The notes beneath the pieces are model-generated. The model was given only the letters and a program-made list of their open reading frames with translations. It was not told the DNA's origin and ran no database searches. A stretch of 64,000 nucleotides of DNA from Octopus vulgaris. Lineage: Eukaryota. Below are positions 42,076 to 56,232 of this stretch, one piece after another; position 1 is the stretch's first letter, and every line of letters starts with the position of its first letter. The translations under genes and the position numbers were made by a program. The stretch is from positions 61,628,001-61,692,000 of the forward strand of contig OX597824.1 of NCBI GenBank assembly GCA_951406725.2, in the 5' to 3' direction.

Positions 42076-42794
42076 AATGCGTTCCATGTAAAGTCTCTAT
42101 GAGAAATATTCTTCTCTGCTAACTAAAGTTTAGGGTATGAGGTATTTCACGAGCTTAGTCTGAGACGCTTTTTAAATTCCAGTTGTAGCGGCCATTCCAC
42201 TTCACTTCAGTGAAGAAAAGCAAAATTATGACACGGCGCATTGCTAACTACTGTGTACTGTTTCAACGTTTTTCATATTCTAGAGAAATGTGAATAAAGC
42301 ATTGAAATTAAGACACACACTTAGCTTAAGAAAGGCACATACTTTGCTTAATTAATGTGTTAAGTGAAGTACTACACCAGCGGATTAAAAGTGCATCTTA
42401 ACACGGATTTGGGAGAAAGTATCATAACAAACGGGGGTGGGTAAGTATAATATTCTCTAAAACATCTGATGTCTGGTAACAATGCGAAAATAATATGTTT
42501 GACACATGTATACGCACTCAACAGACTACCCACAGAATACAGAAGCGCACACATCAACATGCACAAAAGCAGGCCTACGCATATCCACACACAAAAATAT
42601 ATGAAAGGAAAATATATACTAATAATTGCAGCCATGCACACAAGGAAATGAGCAATTGATATACAAATTCCAAAATATATAACTCATTTCTAACGCAGGA
42701 AGAAAATCTCTAATTGGGGAAAATGTATTTTCAATACGAATTAGTTCTATCCAGGGATGCTTCTAATCGGGGTAAGATTATCGCAGATTAGACT

Positions 42795-42956
42795 GCACCA
42801 CAGCACGACTGGCAATCCGTTGGTTACGGAGACAAGGGTTCGAGATGATCCGATCAACGGGAAAGGCTACTCGTGTAATTAAGATGCAAATGGCAGAGCT
42901 CACCAAAAACGTATGTACCCTTAACGTAGTTCTCAGTGAGAATCAGCGTGAAACAG
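42795..42956 (-). mobile_element. SINE family C fragment
   Basis: gtacccttaacgtagttctc is the reverse complement of the motif near 31855. Confidence 0.55.
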
Positions 42957-44345
42957 GGTGGGTGGGGGAATGGTTATCTTACTTTTTTCCGGAACCCTTT
43001 CAAAAGTTGTAGTCGGGTTCAAATATCACCTTAAAACCAAAATTTCTGGTAATTGACTGTAATAACCCCGTTGTACATAACCCCTGAAGGTTGATAACCC
43101 TTCAAAATGGCGGAAATCGCATTTTAATACCTATAGCGCATAATTTTGAGTGAAACTACATAAAAGCTATAACTTTACTAATAAGTATATTGATATAAAA
43201 TAAACTTATTTATAACTAATAGAACTTTTGCTAGATGGAGGAAATCCAAGACGGTGGCCAAAATTCACTATTTAGATAGACGGATTTCATGGTATATCGG
43301 ATATGCAGCTTAGTTTATGTCATTTCATATGTTTGGAAGGTCTAAAAGTTTAAATCTGTTTGTTTAAAATGTATTACAGAATATTATAAGCCACACGCTG
43401 AATTTCTACGCTCTACCAATCATCCTTACGTAAAAAGAAAACCCAGGGTATACCATATGTCTCAGAAGTAAGCAGAGGGGCTTTGATAACAGTAGGTAAT
43501 AAACTGTTCGGTAGAAGTTGGAAGGCACAATATCAGGCAGTTTTAAACAATCTAGACACTTTACATTCACTGTGTAACATTGAAGAGGTATTGAACTCAT
43601 GACACTCGACGAAATCGTAACAGAGGTGTATTCTAATAAAAAGTTAGTCATTACTTATTCTGATGATGGATCTAAAAACAGGGAGCTGGATTTTTCTCCG
43701 TCCAAAGGCTGACAAACCAAGGTCGTTACAAACCTCTGCCGACTCTGCTTGTAGTATCAGAAGCAAGAAATAATAACCTGACTGACTTGGAAGTGGATGC
43801 ACTTTCGCTACTAGAAGCAACAAGTAATATCCCGGTTAAAACACTATTTTAAAAATTGATTTGGACCAAAAATCATACAATGTTGGGGTTGATGAGATCG
43901 TAGTAGGAAATCTCAGCACAGAACGCACACCTGAACATCTGTTTTGCAATGTGCACCCTTTATTTATGTTCAATAGAGTAATAACTAAAGAGAGAAGTGA
44001 CATCGAAACACTACTCGATGAGACAATTTATTCGTGTTTTCTTGTAAATGCATCATCGTGCTCATCCAGTATCAGCGAAAAGGCTCTTGATTGCATAACA
44101 AGATTAATCAATCAGGAATTTGATCACACGTCATGAATACAAAGTCGATGAATTCTACAAGCACTTTCAAACACGGATTAATAAATCCGTTGTCCTGAAG
44201 ACTAAACGCTTTAACCGTTTCACTTTGATTTGTGCAATACCTTTGTACCACCTTGATGATGTGGCATCGTATTTTGCAAAATACGCGCCTGTTACAAACC
44301 AACTGGCTTCTATCGTATGATGTTTCATTGTTATAGAGTTCCTCA
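42957..44345 (+). mobile_element. unclassified DNA transposon-like remnant with decayed DDE-type ORF (~43590-44345)
   Basis: Frameshifted but coherent frame ITYSDDGSK...PLPTL...DQ...HLFCNVHP (CxxH)...KRFNRF; begins at a G-rich terminus-like sequence. Confidence 0.4.
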
Positions 44346-44408
44346 AAGTCTTGTATTGCACACACACACACACATACGCACAAACACACACATTCACATA
44401 CACATATA

Positions 44409-44540
44409 TATATAGTTCTGAGACCCCCTTCGGTCACGACACAGACCATGGGATTGCACCTAGAAAGTTACCATCCCATGCACAAGTCCAGACAAGGTTG
44501 TTTATGGAAGACCAGCAGTCGTCCATGCATTCCGGCATGT
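44409..44540 (-). mobile_element. SINE family C 3' tail
   Basis: Reverse complement of ~31990-32100. Confidence 0.6.
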
Positions 44541-44604
44541 TTGTGTGCGTGTGTGTGTGTGTGCGTGTGTAAATATAATATGTGACAATTATTCGGTAGC
44601 CATG

Positions 44605-44663
44605 ATAAAACTCGGAGTTTCGAACGTCAGTGCGGAAACCCACGCCGGTTTCTCTTCTGTTAT
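44605..44663 (-). ncRNA. degenerate hammerhead motif
   Basis: ataa-CAGAAGA-gaa...ttc-GAAAC-tccga-GTT-ttat; U4 is mutated but the stems are retained. Confidence 0.35.
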
Positions 44664-45141
44664 TGAGCCATCAAAGACAAAAATGCTATGAAAATGATCG
44701 TTAAAACAAAGGGAAATTACTGTGTGATTGACCGTTATTAAGACAAAAGAGCTATTAAAATGACCGCTAAGTAAGAGGAGGGAGTGAATGTAAGGGAGTA
44801 AAAATGCATATAGCAATCGTGTAAGCGCTCATGTCCATACATACACATGCGCCTCCTCACACACATGTACCTGCGCCTATATGTATATACTCATCCACCC
44901 TCACTTGAAACACATACATGCTCACCCACATATTCGCCAAATATATATATACATACCCGCATATTTTTCATTCCCTCCTAAATTTTATCCCTAATAGTGA
45001 TTTGGAATTTAACTGCCCTCTCTAGCGTGCAAGGAGTCCTATGAGGGATTCCACTTATGTATTTAAATGTACACTGTTTTTATATGAATAATATATAGTC
45101 TATCGACTAAATTCTACACGCTAATCCAGTGGTAATGAAAA

Positions 45142-45204
<63 letters not shown>

Positions 45205-45268
45205 CGTGTGAGTGCTTGTGTGTATGTATATGTATGTATGTATATACATATGTAATACACATACGCAC

Positions 45269-45301
<33 letters not shown>

Positions 45302-45328
45302 AACAAGAAAAAAGCAACAAGAATGGAT

Positions 45329-45428
<100 letters not shown>

Positions 45429-45542
45429 TGAGTGTATTTTTACCTTGTTAACAATTAACACGGAAAAATAAATAAATAGTTACCAGGGCAGCAAAAATCT
45501 CACAAGTAAAGATGCTGTAACTCCTTGTTTATAAAGGTTGAA

Positions 45543-45763
45543 ACTTTCGACACAAGTTTCGAAAATTCCACTGATACTATTCAAAAGAATAAATGGTATA
45601 AACAATGCAATCTTCTCTTCGGGAAAGTGAAAAAAACGAAACTCGTCAATACGACATTTTAGCAAAAAAAAAAAAAAAAAAATTGCATAGTATCAGTGGA
45701 ATTTTCGAAACATGTGTCGAAAGTAAAAATACTTGTTTAAACCTGCGTTAACTCCATTTTTTA

Positions 45764-45765
<2 letters not shown>
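45543..45765. mobile_element. inverted plus partial direct copy of the 40150-40310 PLE pseudo-LTR
   Basis: 45543-45670 is the reverse complement of ~40150-40275 (HHR core CCGAAGA); 45687-45765 is a direct copy of ~40238-40313. Confidence 0.85.
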
Positions 45766-45802
<37 letters not shown>

Positions 45803-45849
45803 TATATCACCCAACAAACTGTAGCAACAACAGTAGGGACAACGGTAGA

Positions 45850-46153
45850 TCTTGCTAAAAGTCGACCAGGCTGTTTATAAGTCAATAACAAGTCCTTATA
45901 TCACGTGTGAAAGCCCTTTGATAAATCAATCTTTTGTGCAAGACAAGGCTGTAACAACGATAATTTCAAAGAATATTGAGAATCCTGGACTTTCTTTAAT
46001 AACAACTAGCTCTAATGAGAAGTAGCGTTGAAAGCCTGTGTGAGTGTATGCAATTAATTGGCTACAGTGTGCTTGCTTGATTACTAGATAGGAACAAAGG
46101 ATAGGTTTGAAACTCAGGAGAAGATATTTATCTTCCCAACTTCTCATATGCAT
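45850..46153 (-). pseudogene. possible NACHT winged-helix region remnant
   Basis: LIAYTHTGFQRYFSLELV resembles F.H.SFQEYFAA. Confidence 0.25.
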
Positions 46154-46844
46154 AGATACAGGTTATACATGCATACATACCGTCATATATATCTATAAAA
46201 TATTGCATATACATACATATATATGTGTATGTATATCAATAATTATATCGGCAACTGTGCATTTGTGCGTGCGAATTTGTGATTGCGTGCGTGTGTGTGT
46301 ATGTGTTTTCTGTAAACCCTATCATAAATACTGGTGCTACCGGCTAACATCCCGAACAAACAAGTAGTATGACCTAACAACAGAAGGAATCACCATGCGC
46401 TGTCCATTACGACCAATGTTTGAGGTGTTCAACAGAAGCAGAAACAAAGCAAACTCTTTACACCAGGTAGATAAATGATATAAGACACATAATGGGCACA
46501 TCAAAATTTGTAAAGCTAGTAAAAGAAGGTATAGAAACAAGTATGTAATACATGTGAGATCCTTAACAGTATAAATATAAATATAAATACTACTATTTAT
46601 TGTTATTGAAAGTATAAGGTTAGAAAAATGGGCGGCATAGTTAGCTGATTAAATCGATCTCAAGTACGTGACTAGTACATTGTCTTTCGTCAACGGCAGC
46701 ATGGTAAGTGATGTTGAGCTAGGTGGACTGTGAACTCAAAATTTAAAAGGTTTCTAATAAGCGCTCAGCTTCATTTGTAAACACATACGTTGAGATTAGA
46801 AATACCAGACACATTTCTACGCACCCACATGCCCACATGTACCT

Positions 46845-46893
<49 letters not shown>

Positions 46894-46989
46894 AATACGT
46901 ATATATATATAACTCCATATGTATACACACACACATACACACACACACATATAAATATATATATGAGATTGAAGTTTTAGATTCTATGC

Positions 46990-48065
46990 TATCACCCACT
47001 GCCACCGAGAGATTTAATATAAGGACACGCAAATACCTTCAAAGAATTAAAGATTTAGCCTCATTTGAGGTAAATATCCTTGATATAGTTACCTATATGA
47101 AACTCCGTAAGTAGTTTTACCTTTTTCTGGCCAAAGTAAACTCACATATAAAAAAATTAGAAACTCTGAAAAAAAATTCGTATTTCCAGACAAGACCAAA
47201 TTCACTAATGATCTATATGGTTAGCTGCTGTTTGACACTATTTCCACTAAATATAATAAATGTAAAATAGATAGATACAATGATATTGATGATAAGGCTA
47301 AATTCCTGTCTAGACGTAGTAAAATCGATGATATATTAGAATACTTAGCAAAAAGGGAAGTTTTCATTATTCTAAAAGATCGGAAACTTAATATCATTCC
47401 TAAGCCCACTTGTAAACTTTTGAACGCAGCGAGGTCTGAAACTGCTTGAATAGAACCCCCAACCAACGCAAATCCGATGAAATGTCAATATCAGAATTAG
47501 AGAGACATCTATGCTGTAACCCTGGGATATAAGGAATGCTGTGGTAGATTGGTTGTAGAATTTCAAAGGTAAGCACAGAACCAGATATAGATTTTTGCCC
47601 CTCAATATCACGATCTCTTCTTGGAAAGGCGACTGAGCCCGCAAAAACATGTTGATATAGATCACATAGAACTAGGCTTTATCCTGTATGGGTTAAAAAT
47701 CCGATACAAATGAATTGTTCGATGTATCATTAGAATCGAATGATATTGCGGACATCTGCAATGTTATAGGGCTCTTGATATTAAATACACTGAGACCGAA
47801 GTTTCTCTCTTACGATAGTGATCAAGACAGAGACGATAGGCTAGGAGCATCTCAATGCTTTGAAGTTCAACGCTCGATAAGTTTAGGAAAAAAACTAATT
47901 ATAGGCGCAGGAGTGGCTGTGTGGTAAGTAGCTTGTTTACCAACCACATGGTTCCGGGTTCAGTCCCACTGCGTGGCACCTTGGGCAAGTGTATTCTACT
48001 ATAGCCTCGGGCCGACCAAAGCCTTGTGAGTGGATTTGGTAGACGGAAACTGAAAGAAGCTCGTC

Positions 48066-48110
<45 letters not shown>

Positions 48111-49530
48111 TGTGTGTGTTTGTGTGTCTGTATTTGTCCCCCTAGCATTGCTTGACAACCGATGCTGGTATGTTTGTCCCGTTACTTAGCGGTTCGGCAA
48201 AAGAGACCGATAGAATAAGTACTGGGCTTACAAAAGAATAAGTCCCGGGGTCGAGTTGCTTTATTAAAGGTGGTGCTCCAGCATGGCCGCAGTCAAATGA
48301 CTGAAACAAGTAAAAAAAAAACAAATTAATACTTTCAGTCATCTAGGCCACAAAATCACTAAAACCAATCAAATGTCGATTTATTAGACGTTTCTTAGAT
48401 CTAAACACCTGCTCTTATAAACTGTACCAAAAACCTAACGAGAAGCTCTACTACAGAGGCATTTTGCACGGCATCCCCCTATTATGACAATGCTCTAGCT
48501 TATAGTGGCTTCAAAGATAAGATATATAACAACCCTTCAAGTAAAAATATGAAGATAAGATATATCGCACAACGATAAGATATATCACAACTCTTTAAGT
48601 AATAATAAAAACAGAACTAGGAAAATGATATGGTGTGCCCTCCCTACTTTCTCCCTAAATGCTAAAACTAACGTAGTCAAACCCAAAATACAGGAAGATT
48701 CTTAACAGACGTTCGATTAAAATATACAGCTGCCGCCCCAATATGAAAAGCATTATTACTCGTAATCATCACTAAGAGCCCAGCCCCACTGTGGAGACCC
48801 TGAAGTTGCCCACTTGACCAGGCTCGTATGATGGACTTCGTCGTAGATGAGGCAGAAATCTTAACAACGCTTCACGATAACCTAAACTAAAAGAAACATT
48901 ACATCTGGTTATGCGAAGATGATTTGAAAACACGTTATGCAAAATCATCTATTTCTTTCCGTTACATCGACAAAAGCAAAGCCACTAAGTTAGCTTGCTA
49001 TGTATTGGTTTTGAATACTAACTACCCGCTACGTACAATTATGTGGAGAATCGAAAAGAAATCTTTGTTGTATAATAATAGGTCTAAGAAATGCAACTTA
49101 TGCGTAACTAAACTATTGCATATTATTTCTAGATCTAAGAATTCTACCGCATCACTGAATTCCAGATGTGAATTTTTCAGCAAGTGTAAGCACGTAGACG
49201 GATTTCTTTTGTAGAACTAGAAGACACAACCAAACCCTCTCCGGATTAAGAACCTGTTATCACAGTTTGTGGACCCCTCCAGGTTGAATTTTTCTGCAAC
49301 ATTTAGCTTAATCATGGCTTTTCGGTCAAAGGGAACGTAATTCAAATTTTCTTTTTTTTCTTTTGTTTTCCGCTTCTGGACCAGCTAAAGGTGGGTGCGT
49401 CCAGGTCAATGTTTAAAATCCTAATTGACTAAATGTTTACCTGGTGATTGTTGGAAATTATAGTATGATATAGTCTTTTATGACTGATTTTAAATAAATC
49501 AAATTCTACCGAAGCAGCTGTCGTATATTT
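46990..49530 (+). mobile_element. near full-length decayed Penelope-like element (RT plus C-terminal GIY-YIG with CxxC...CxH tail)
   Basis: FVFPDKT, LAKREVFIILKDRK..KPTCKLLNAARSE, FDVSLESNDIADICNVIGL, DRDDRLG (YRDDGL), ATKLA.YV..IMWRI..KCNLC..LNSRCEFFSKCKH; degenerate HHR at ~49438-49524; (TA)n flanks. Confidence 0.85.
47903..48315 (+). mobile_element. SINE family A, full length, inserted in the PLE RT
   Basis: ggcgcaggagtggctgtgtggtaag (A box), ggttcagtccc (B box), internal (TA)n/(TG)n, A-rich tail. Confidence 0.85.
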
Positions 49531-49541
49531 CATACACTTGT

Positions 49542-49582
<41 letters not shown>

Positions 49583-49861
49583 ATGTTTGTATGTTTGTTT
49601 GTGTATGTATTTATATATGTGTATACATTTGTGTGTTTGAGTAGTTTAAATTTCGGTGGGGAGATGTATTAAATTGGTTAAAGACAAACAATTAACCGTA
49701 ATTCAGAAACTCAATATGAATACGACATCAGTAGTGAAAAGAGTTTGTTTACTTACTAGTTACAAAATTTATACTGTAAATAAAAAAAACACGAATGAAT
49801 AACATAATATTTAAAAGGATTTGTTTAAATAGCCACTTTACATATTCGATTCGATTATGTA

Positions 49862-49923
<62 letters not shown>

Positions 49924-49934
49924 TATATAGAAGG

Positions 49935-49985
49935 AGCTTCTACAGGACTAGTACTGTTTCATTCAAGAGAAATCTTCAGGAAGCT
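49935..49985 (-). ncRNA. type I hammerhead ribozyme (left end of palindrome)
   Basis: Exact reverse complement of 54916-54966. Confidence 0.7.
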
Positions 49986-50429
49986 ATTTAACAAGAATTG
50001 TATTAGCATTTATACATTTAGGCAGGTTTAAAGGAGTGGTGGTGGGGGACTTTTTGGGGTAGGCATAGCGCAAAATATCATACTTGGGGGAGTGGTCAAG
50101 GAGTCATTGGTAAGTTAGATGAAAGAATAGATAAATAAATAAAAAAAAAAAATAAAAATAAAAAAATAAATAAATAAAAAAATAAAAAAATAAAAAAATA
50201 AAAAAATAAAAAATAAAATAAAATAAAAAAAATATAAAAAATATAAAAAATATAAAAATATAAAAAATATATATAAAAAATATATATATAAAATATATAT
50301 ATAAAAATATATATATATAAAAAGGGGGGATAGAGTTATAGGTAAATAAGGAGATTCTCACTTATACCTATACACACATGTATACGTATCTACACACACA
50401 TACATACATACACATATATATACACACAC

Positions 50430-50478
<49 letters not shown>

Positions 50479-50622
50479 CACACATACATACATATCTACA
50501 TACTCACATACATACACCCCCCACATATACAAATTTATACACATGCACATGCCTATACCTGTCTACACATACACACACGTATATATGCATACACTCACTC
50601 CCATGCATGCACGCATACACAC

Positions 50623-50659
<37 letters not shown>

Positions 50660-51363
50660 CACGACCACACATACATATATACACATAAAAATATATATTC
50701 ATACGCACATACACTCATGCACACACAACACACCTAGTTCCCTATATACACATATTTACACCTATATATACATACACCCACATACACCTATGTACACATA
50801 TATATATATAAACATATACACGCATACATATATATACATGTGTGCACATACATACATACACACATATATACATACACATACACATACACATGTGTACCTA
50901 TACATACCTACACATACACACATACATACATACATAAAGTATACATATACATATATATATATATACAACCCAATACAGGCCCATTCCCTAATTTTAATTT
51001 TATTATCTTCATTTATTACTTTTGTTATCTTTGATCGTTAGCTAAGAATCCTGGCAATGGCTGCATGTCCATTTGTCTGTCTACTAGAAGGCAAGTACTC
51101 ATTCGCACGCACACTCATTAGCACGTACATTCACCCATTCGTACACTCATACACATACACGTACGCACGCGTTATATTCATACATACAAACATCTACATA
51201 CGTTCACGTATATACACATATGTACTGTACCTACAGATTCGTGTCTACACTTTAGGAGGCTAGTCTATACATATACACCAATAAATATACATATATATAT
51301 ATATATATACCCGCATATACATACACACACACACATATATATACTCCTACATACAGATACATA

Positions 51364-51401
<38 letters not shown>

Positions 51402-51911
51402 TTTATATATACACACATACATACACATACACACATACATATACACACACATACATACACATATATATACATACACAAACATATATACACACACATATAT
51501 ATACATACACACATACACACATACATATGTATACATACATACATACATCCATACATCCATACTTACATGCATTTATAGCATACACACACCCATCTATATA
51601 TATGTATATATATATATATGTATATATACACACTCACACATACATATACAAATCTATGCACACACATACATACATACACGTATATACATACACGCACATA
51701 CACATATACATGCGTACCCATACACGTGCACACACGCACGCGCATCCATATATATACACACACACACATATATATACACGTGTGCAAGCATACATACATA
51801 CTCATACACACACATACTTACAAATACATATATGCACACACTTACACACATATACATACATACACATATACATACATACATACATATATGCATACATACA
51901 CACACGCACTC

Positions 51912-51942
<31 letters not shown>

Positions 51943-52832
51943 TATACATGTATATATACATATATAGATATACATACATACATACATACACATACACACA
52001 TATACACATACACACATATATATATATATATATATACATATACACATACATATATACACATATACATACATATATATACACACACACATACATATATACA
52101 TATACACTGATACACATACCCATACATACACATGCATATACTTATATCACTACATACTCACATATATAAACATATATACATATACATACATACATATATA
52201 CATGTACATACACATACGTATGCATATATATATATATACATATATATACACATATACATATATATATACATATACATACACACACACACACACATACATA
52301 TACACATATACATGTATACATACGCAAAAATGATACACATATATACACATACACACACACAGACAGATGCATATACATACATATATATATAAACTACATA
52401 TCTATATAAATACATACATAATACACATATATGTATGTAGTGTATGTATGTATGTATGTATGTATTTATATAGATATGTAGTTTATATATATATATGTAT
52501 GTATATGCATCTGTCTGTGTGTGTGTATGTGTATATATGTGTATCATTTTTGCGTATGTATACATGTATATGTGTATATGTATGTGTGTGTGTGTGTGTA
52601 TGTATATGTATATATATATGTATATGTGTATATATATGTATATATATATATATATGCATACGTATGTGTATGTACATGTATATATGTATGTATGTATATG
52701 TATATATGTTTATATATGTGAGTATGTAGTGATATAAGTATATGCATGTGTATGTATGGGTATGTGTATCAGTGTATATGTATATATGTATGTGTGTGTG
52801 TATGTATATGTATGTATATGTGTATATATGTA

Positions 52833-52865
<33 letters not shown>

Positions 52866-52946
52866 GTGTGTATGTGTATATGTGTGTATGTATGTGTATG
52901 TGTATGTATGTGTATGTATATCTATATATGTATATATACATGTATG

Positions 52947-52979
<33 letters not shown>

Positions 52980-53486
52980 GAGTGCGTGTGTGTATGTATG
53001 CATATATGTATGTATGCATGTATATGTGTATGTATGTATATGTGTGTAAGTGTGTGCATATATGTATTTGTAAGTATGTGTGCGCGTATGAGTATGTATG
53101 TATGCTTGCACACGTGTATATATATGTGTGTGTGTGTGTATATATATGGATGCGCGTGCGTGTGTGCACGTGTATGGGTACGCATGTATATGTGTATGTG
53201 CGTGTATGCGTATACGTGTATGTATGTATGTGTGTGCGTAGATTTGTATATGTATGTGTGAGTGTGTATATATACATATATATATATATATACATATATA
53301 TAGATGGGTGTGTGTATGCGTATAAATGCATGTAAGTATGGATGTATGGATGTATGTATGTATGTATACGTATGTATGTGTGTATGTGTGTATGTATATA
53401 TATGTGTGTGTATATATGTTTGTGTATGTATATATATGTGTATGTATGTGTGTGTATATGTATGTGTGTATGTGTATGTATGTGTG

Positions 53487-53536
<50 letters not shown>

Positions 53537-54242
53537 TATGTATCTGTATGTAGGAGTATATATATGTGTGTGTGTGTATGTATATGCGGGTATATATATA
53601 TATATATATGTATATTTATTGGTGTATATGTATAGACTAGCCTCCTAAAGTGTAGACACGAATCTGTAGGTACGAGTACGTATGTGTATATACGTGAACG
53701 TATGTAGATGTTTGTATGTATGAATATAACGCGTGCGTACGTGTATGTGTATGAGTGTACGAATGGGTGAATGTACGTGCTAATGAGTGTGCGTGCGGGA
53801 ATGAGTACTTGCCTTCTAGTAGACAGACAAATGGACATGCAGCCATTGCCAGGATTCTTAGCCCTAGCGATCAAAGATAACAAAAGTAATAAATGAAGAT
53901 AATAAAATTAAAATTAGGGAATGGGCCTGTATTGGATTGTATATATATATATATGTATATGTATACTTGTATGTATGTATGTGTGTATGTGTAGGTATGT
54001 ATAGGTACACATGTGTATGTGTATGTGTATGTATATATGTGTGTATGTATGTATGTGCACACATGTATATATATGTATGCGTGTATATGTTTATATATAT
54101 ATATGTGTACATAGGTGTATGTGGGTGTATGTATATATAGGTGTAAATATGTGTATATAGGGAACTAGGTGTGTTGTGTGTGCATGAGTGTATGTGCGTA
54201 TGAATATATATTTTTATGTGTATATATGTATGTGTGGTCGTG

Positions 54243-54277
<35 letters not shown>

Positions 54278-54422
54278 GTGTGTATGCGTGCATGCATGGG
54301 AGTGAGTGTATGCATATATACGTGTGTGTATGTGTAGACAGGTATAGGCATGTGCATGTGTATAAATTTGTATATGTGGGCGGGTGTATGTATGTGAGTA
54401 TGTAGATATGTATGTATGTGTG

Positions 54423-54475
<53 letters not shown>

Positions 54476-54915
54476 GTGTGTGTATATATATGTGTATGTA
54501 TGTATGTGTGTGTAGATACGTATACATGTGTGTATAGGTATAAGTGAGAATCTCCTTATTTACCTATAACTCTATCCCCCCTTTTTTTATATATATATAT
54601 TTTTTTATATATATATTTTATATATATATTTTTTATATATATTTTTTATATTTTTTATATTTTTTATATTTTTTTATTTTATTTTATTATTTTTTTATTT
54701 TTTTATTTTTTTATTTTTTTATTTATTTATTTTTTTATTTTTTTATTTTTTATTTTTTTATTTATTTATCTATTCTTTCATCTAACTTACCAATGACTCC
54801 TTGACCACTCCCCCAAGTATGATATTTTGCGCTATGCCTACCCCCAAAAAGTCCCCCACCACCACTCCTTTAAACCTGCCTAAATGTATAAATGCTAATA
54901 CAATTCTTGTTAAAT

Positions 54916-54966
54916 AGCTTCCTGAAGATTTCTCTTGAATGAAACAGTACTAGTCCTGTAGAAGCT
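54916..54966 (+). ncRNA. type I hammerhead ribozyme (right end of palindrome)
   Basis: agcttc-CTGAAGA-tttc-tctt-gaat-GAAAC-agtactagtcct-GTA-gaagct: 6-bp stem I and ACAG/CTGT stem III. Confidence 0.7.
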
Positions 54967-55049
54967 CCTTCTATATAATAAATTAATTTTACTCTGCTAT
55001 GTATTGAGTACCTTACTTACTGTGGTTAACCCCGAATCAACCCGGGACC

Positions 55050-55098
<49 letters not shown>

Positions 55099-55420
55099 CG
55101 TATATGATACATAAAAAGAGCTATAATTAAAATATTATGGAAATATAATTATATAACATATATATCCATCTTGTAATCGGCAATTGAAATCTAACAAACG
55201 CTTTAAATTGATAAATGTAGCGCTTGTTATTTGATGTTGAAAATATATAACAAACGTCTGATGGTTCCAAAAAATAAGAAGTATAGACGAAAATTACCAC
55301 GAAAATAGAAAATATCTAGCGTAAAAACGAAATACGAAAGCGAGAAAGGTATGCAATGAAAAGCCATATGTGCTTCAGTAAGACTCTGCACTCTCATACA
55401 TGACTGTAGTAATAGGGAAA

Positions 55421-55480
55421 TGGATCATATAACCCCTAACATTTGGCCTCCTAATTCCTCAGATCTCAATCTATTAGACC
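55421..55480 (+). mobile_element. Tc1-like transposase sliver
   Basis: IWPPNSSDLNLLD matches WPPNSPDLNPLD. Confidence 0.55.
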
Positions 55481-55499
55481 ATTAAACATGAAAATCGTA

Positions 55500-55790
55500 A
55501 TGCCCAGATACGTAATGATCTTCGAGACCAACCGCCCCTTACAACTTGTGTCATGTGTCAAAAAACTTGTAAGACAATATCTGGACTTAAAAGAAATATG
55601 CTAGTTCACAAAAAACACTCCTTCAAAATAAGTATCCAAAGGGAAAAAGATACAAAAGAAACTTGAATAATATCTGTCAATTGTGTTTTAAACCCTGTCA
55701 GTCAGCAGCTGGTCTTAAAAGTCATCTAAGGGCTAATCGGCGGAGTGATTGTACTGTGTGGTGTGTGTGTTGATGTCATCTCTCAAATCA
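55500..55790 (+). mobile_element. RTE-like LINE 3' end with two C2H2-like fingers
   Basis: CVMCQKTCKTISGLKRNMLVH and CQLCFKPCQSAAGLKSHLRA. Confidence 0.55.
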
Positions 55791-56232
55791 AAGTAATCAT
55801 CATATTTTTTTATGTAGTTTCAGCTCAGAGCTGTGGCCATGCTGACGCACCACCGTTATATATATTGAATAACATTATAGAAAAGAAGTTTTATTTTTAC
55901 CCTCATAGCAGTTTTTTGATAAATAAATTTATTATCTGTTATTATATAGGTTTTTTTATAAACAGAAATCTGTCCTTAAATATCTTACGCAACCTGTATA
56001 TAAATATTTTGCGCTAGGCCACTGGTAATAAGAATTTCTATAATTCTTATTACCCTAATATTACTTATTATGTTTAAATGATTTTAATAAATTTATTAGA
56101 GGTTTTTACCAGCATCCTCTCTGTTGCCGGAAATAAGCTGCGTCTGCACGGTGGATTTGAAAAGTTGGAATAAACAGATAATGAGTTTACATGCGGAAAC
56201 AAACTCGGTGTGTGTATATTTAAATTCTAATG

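Larger units (their letters stand above)
49918..54983. repeat. ~5.07-kb palindrome (two ~2.5-kb arms, spacer of about 35 bp near 52421-52454)
   Basis: Unique islands mirror each other (49921-50130 vs 54770-54980; 50970-51110 vs 53790-53940; 51225-51270 vs 53630-53680), as does the cryptic TA/CA sequence between them. Confidence 0.95.

Noticed and set aside
47903-47985. tRNA gene
   Set aside because: It is the A/B-box head of a multi-copy SINE and forms no complete cloverleaf.
52483-53883. 466-aa ORF and the many other YIYI, HTHT and VCVC ORFs
   Set aside because: These are translations of TA/CA/TG simple sequence that lacks stop codons by composition; there is no coding signal.
55540-55740. 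Host C2H2 zinc-finger gene
   Set aside because: It lacks TGEKP linkers and has a broken frame; the pattern fits an RTE LINE C-terminus.
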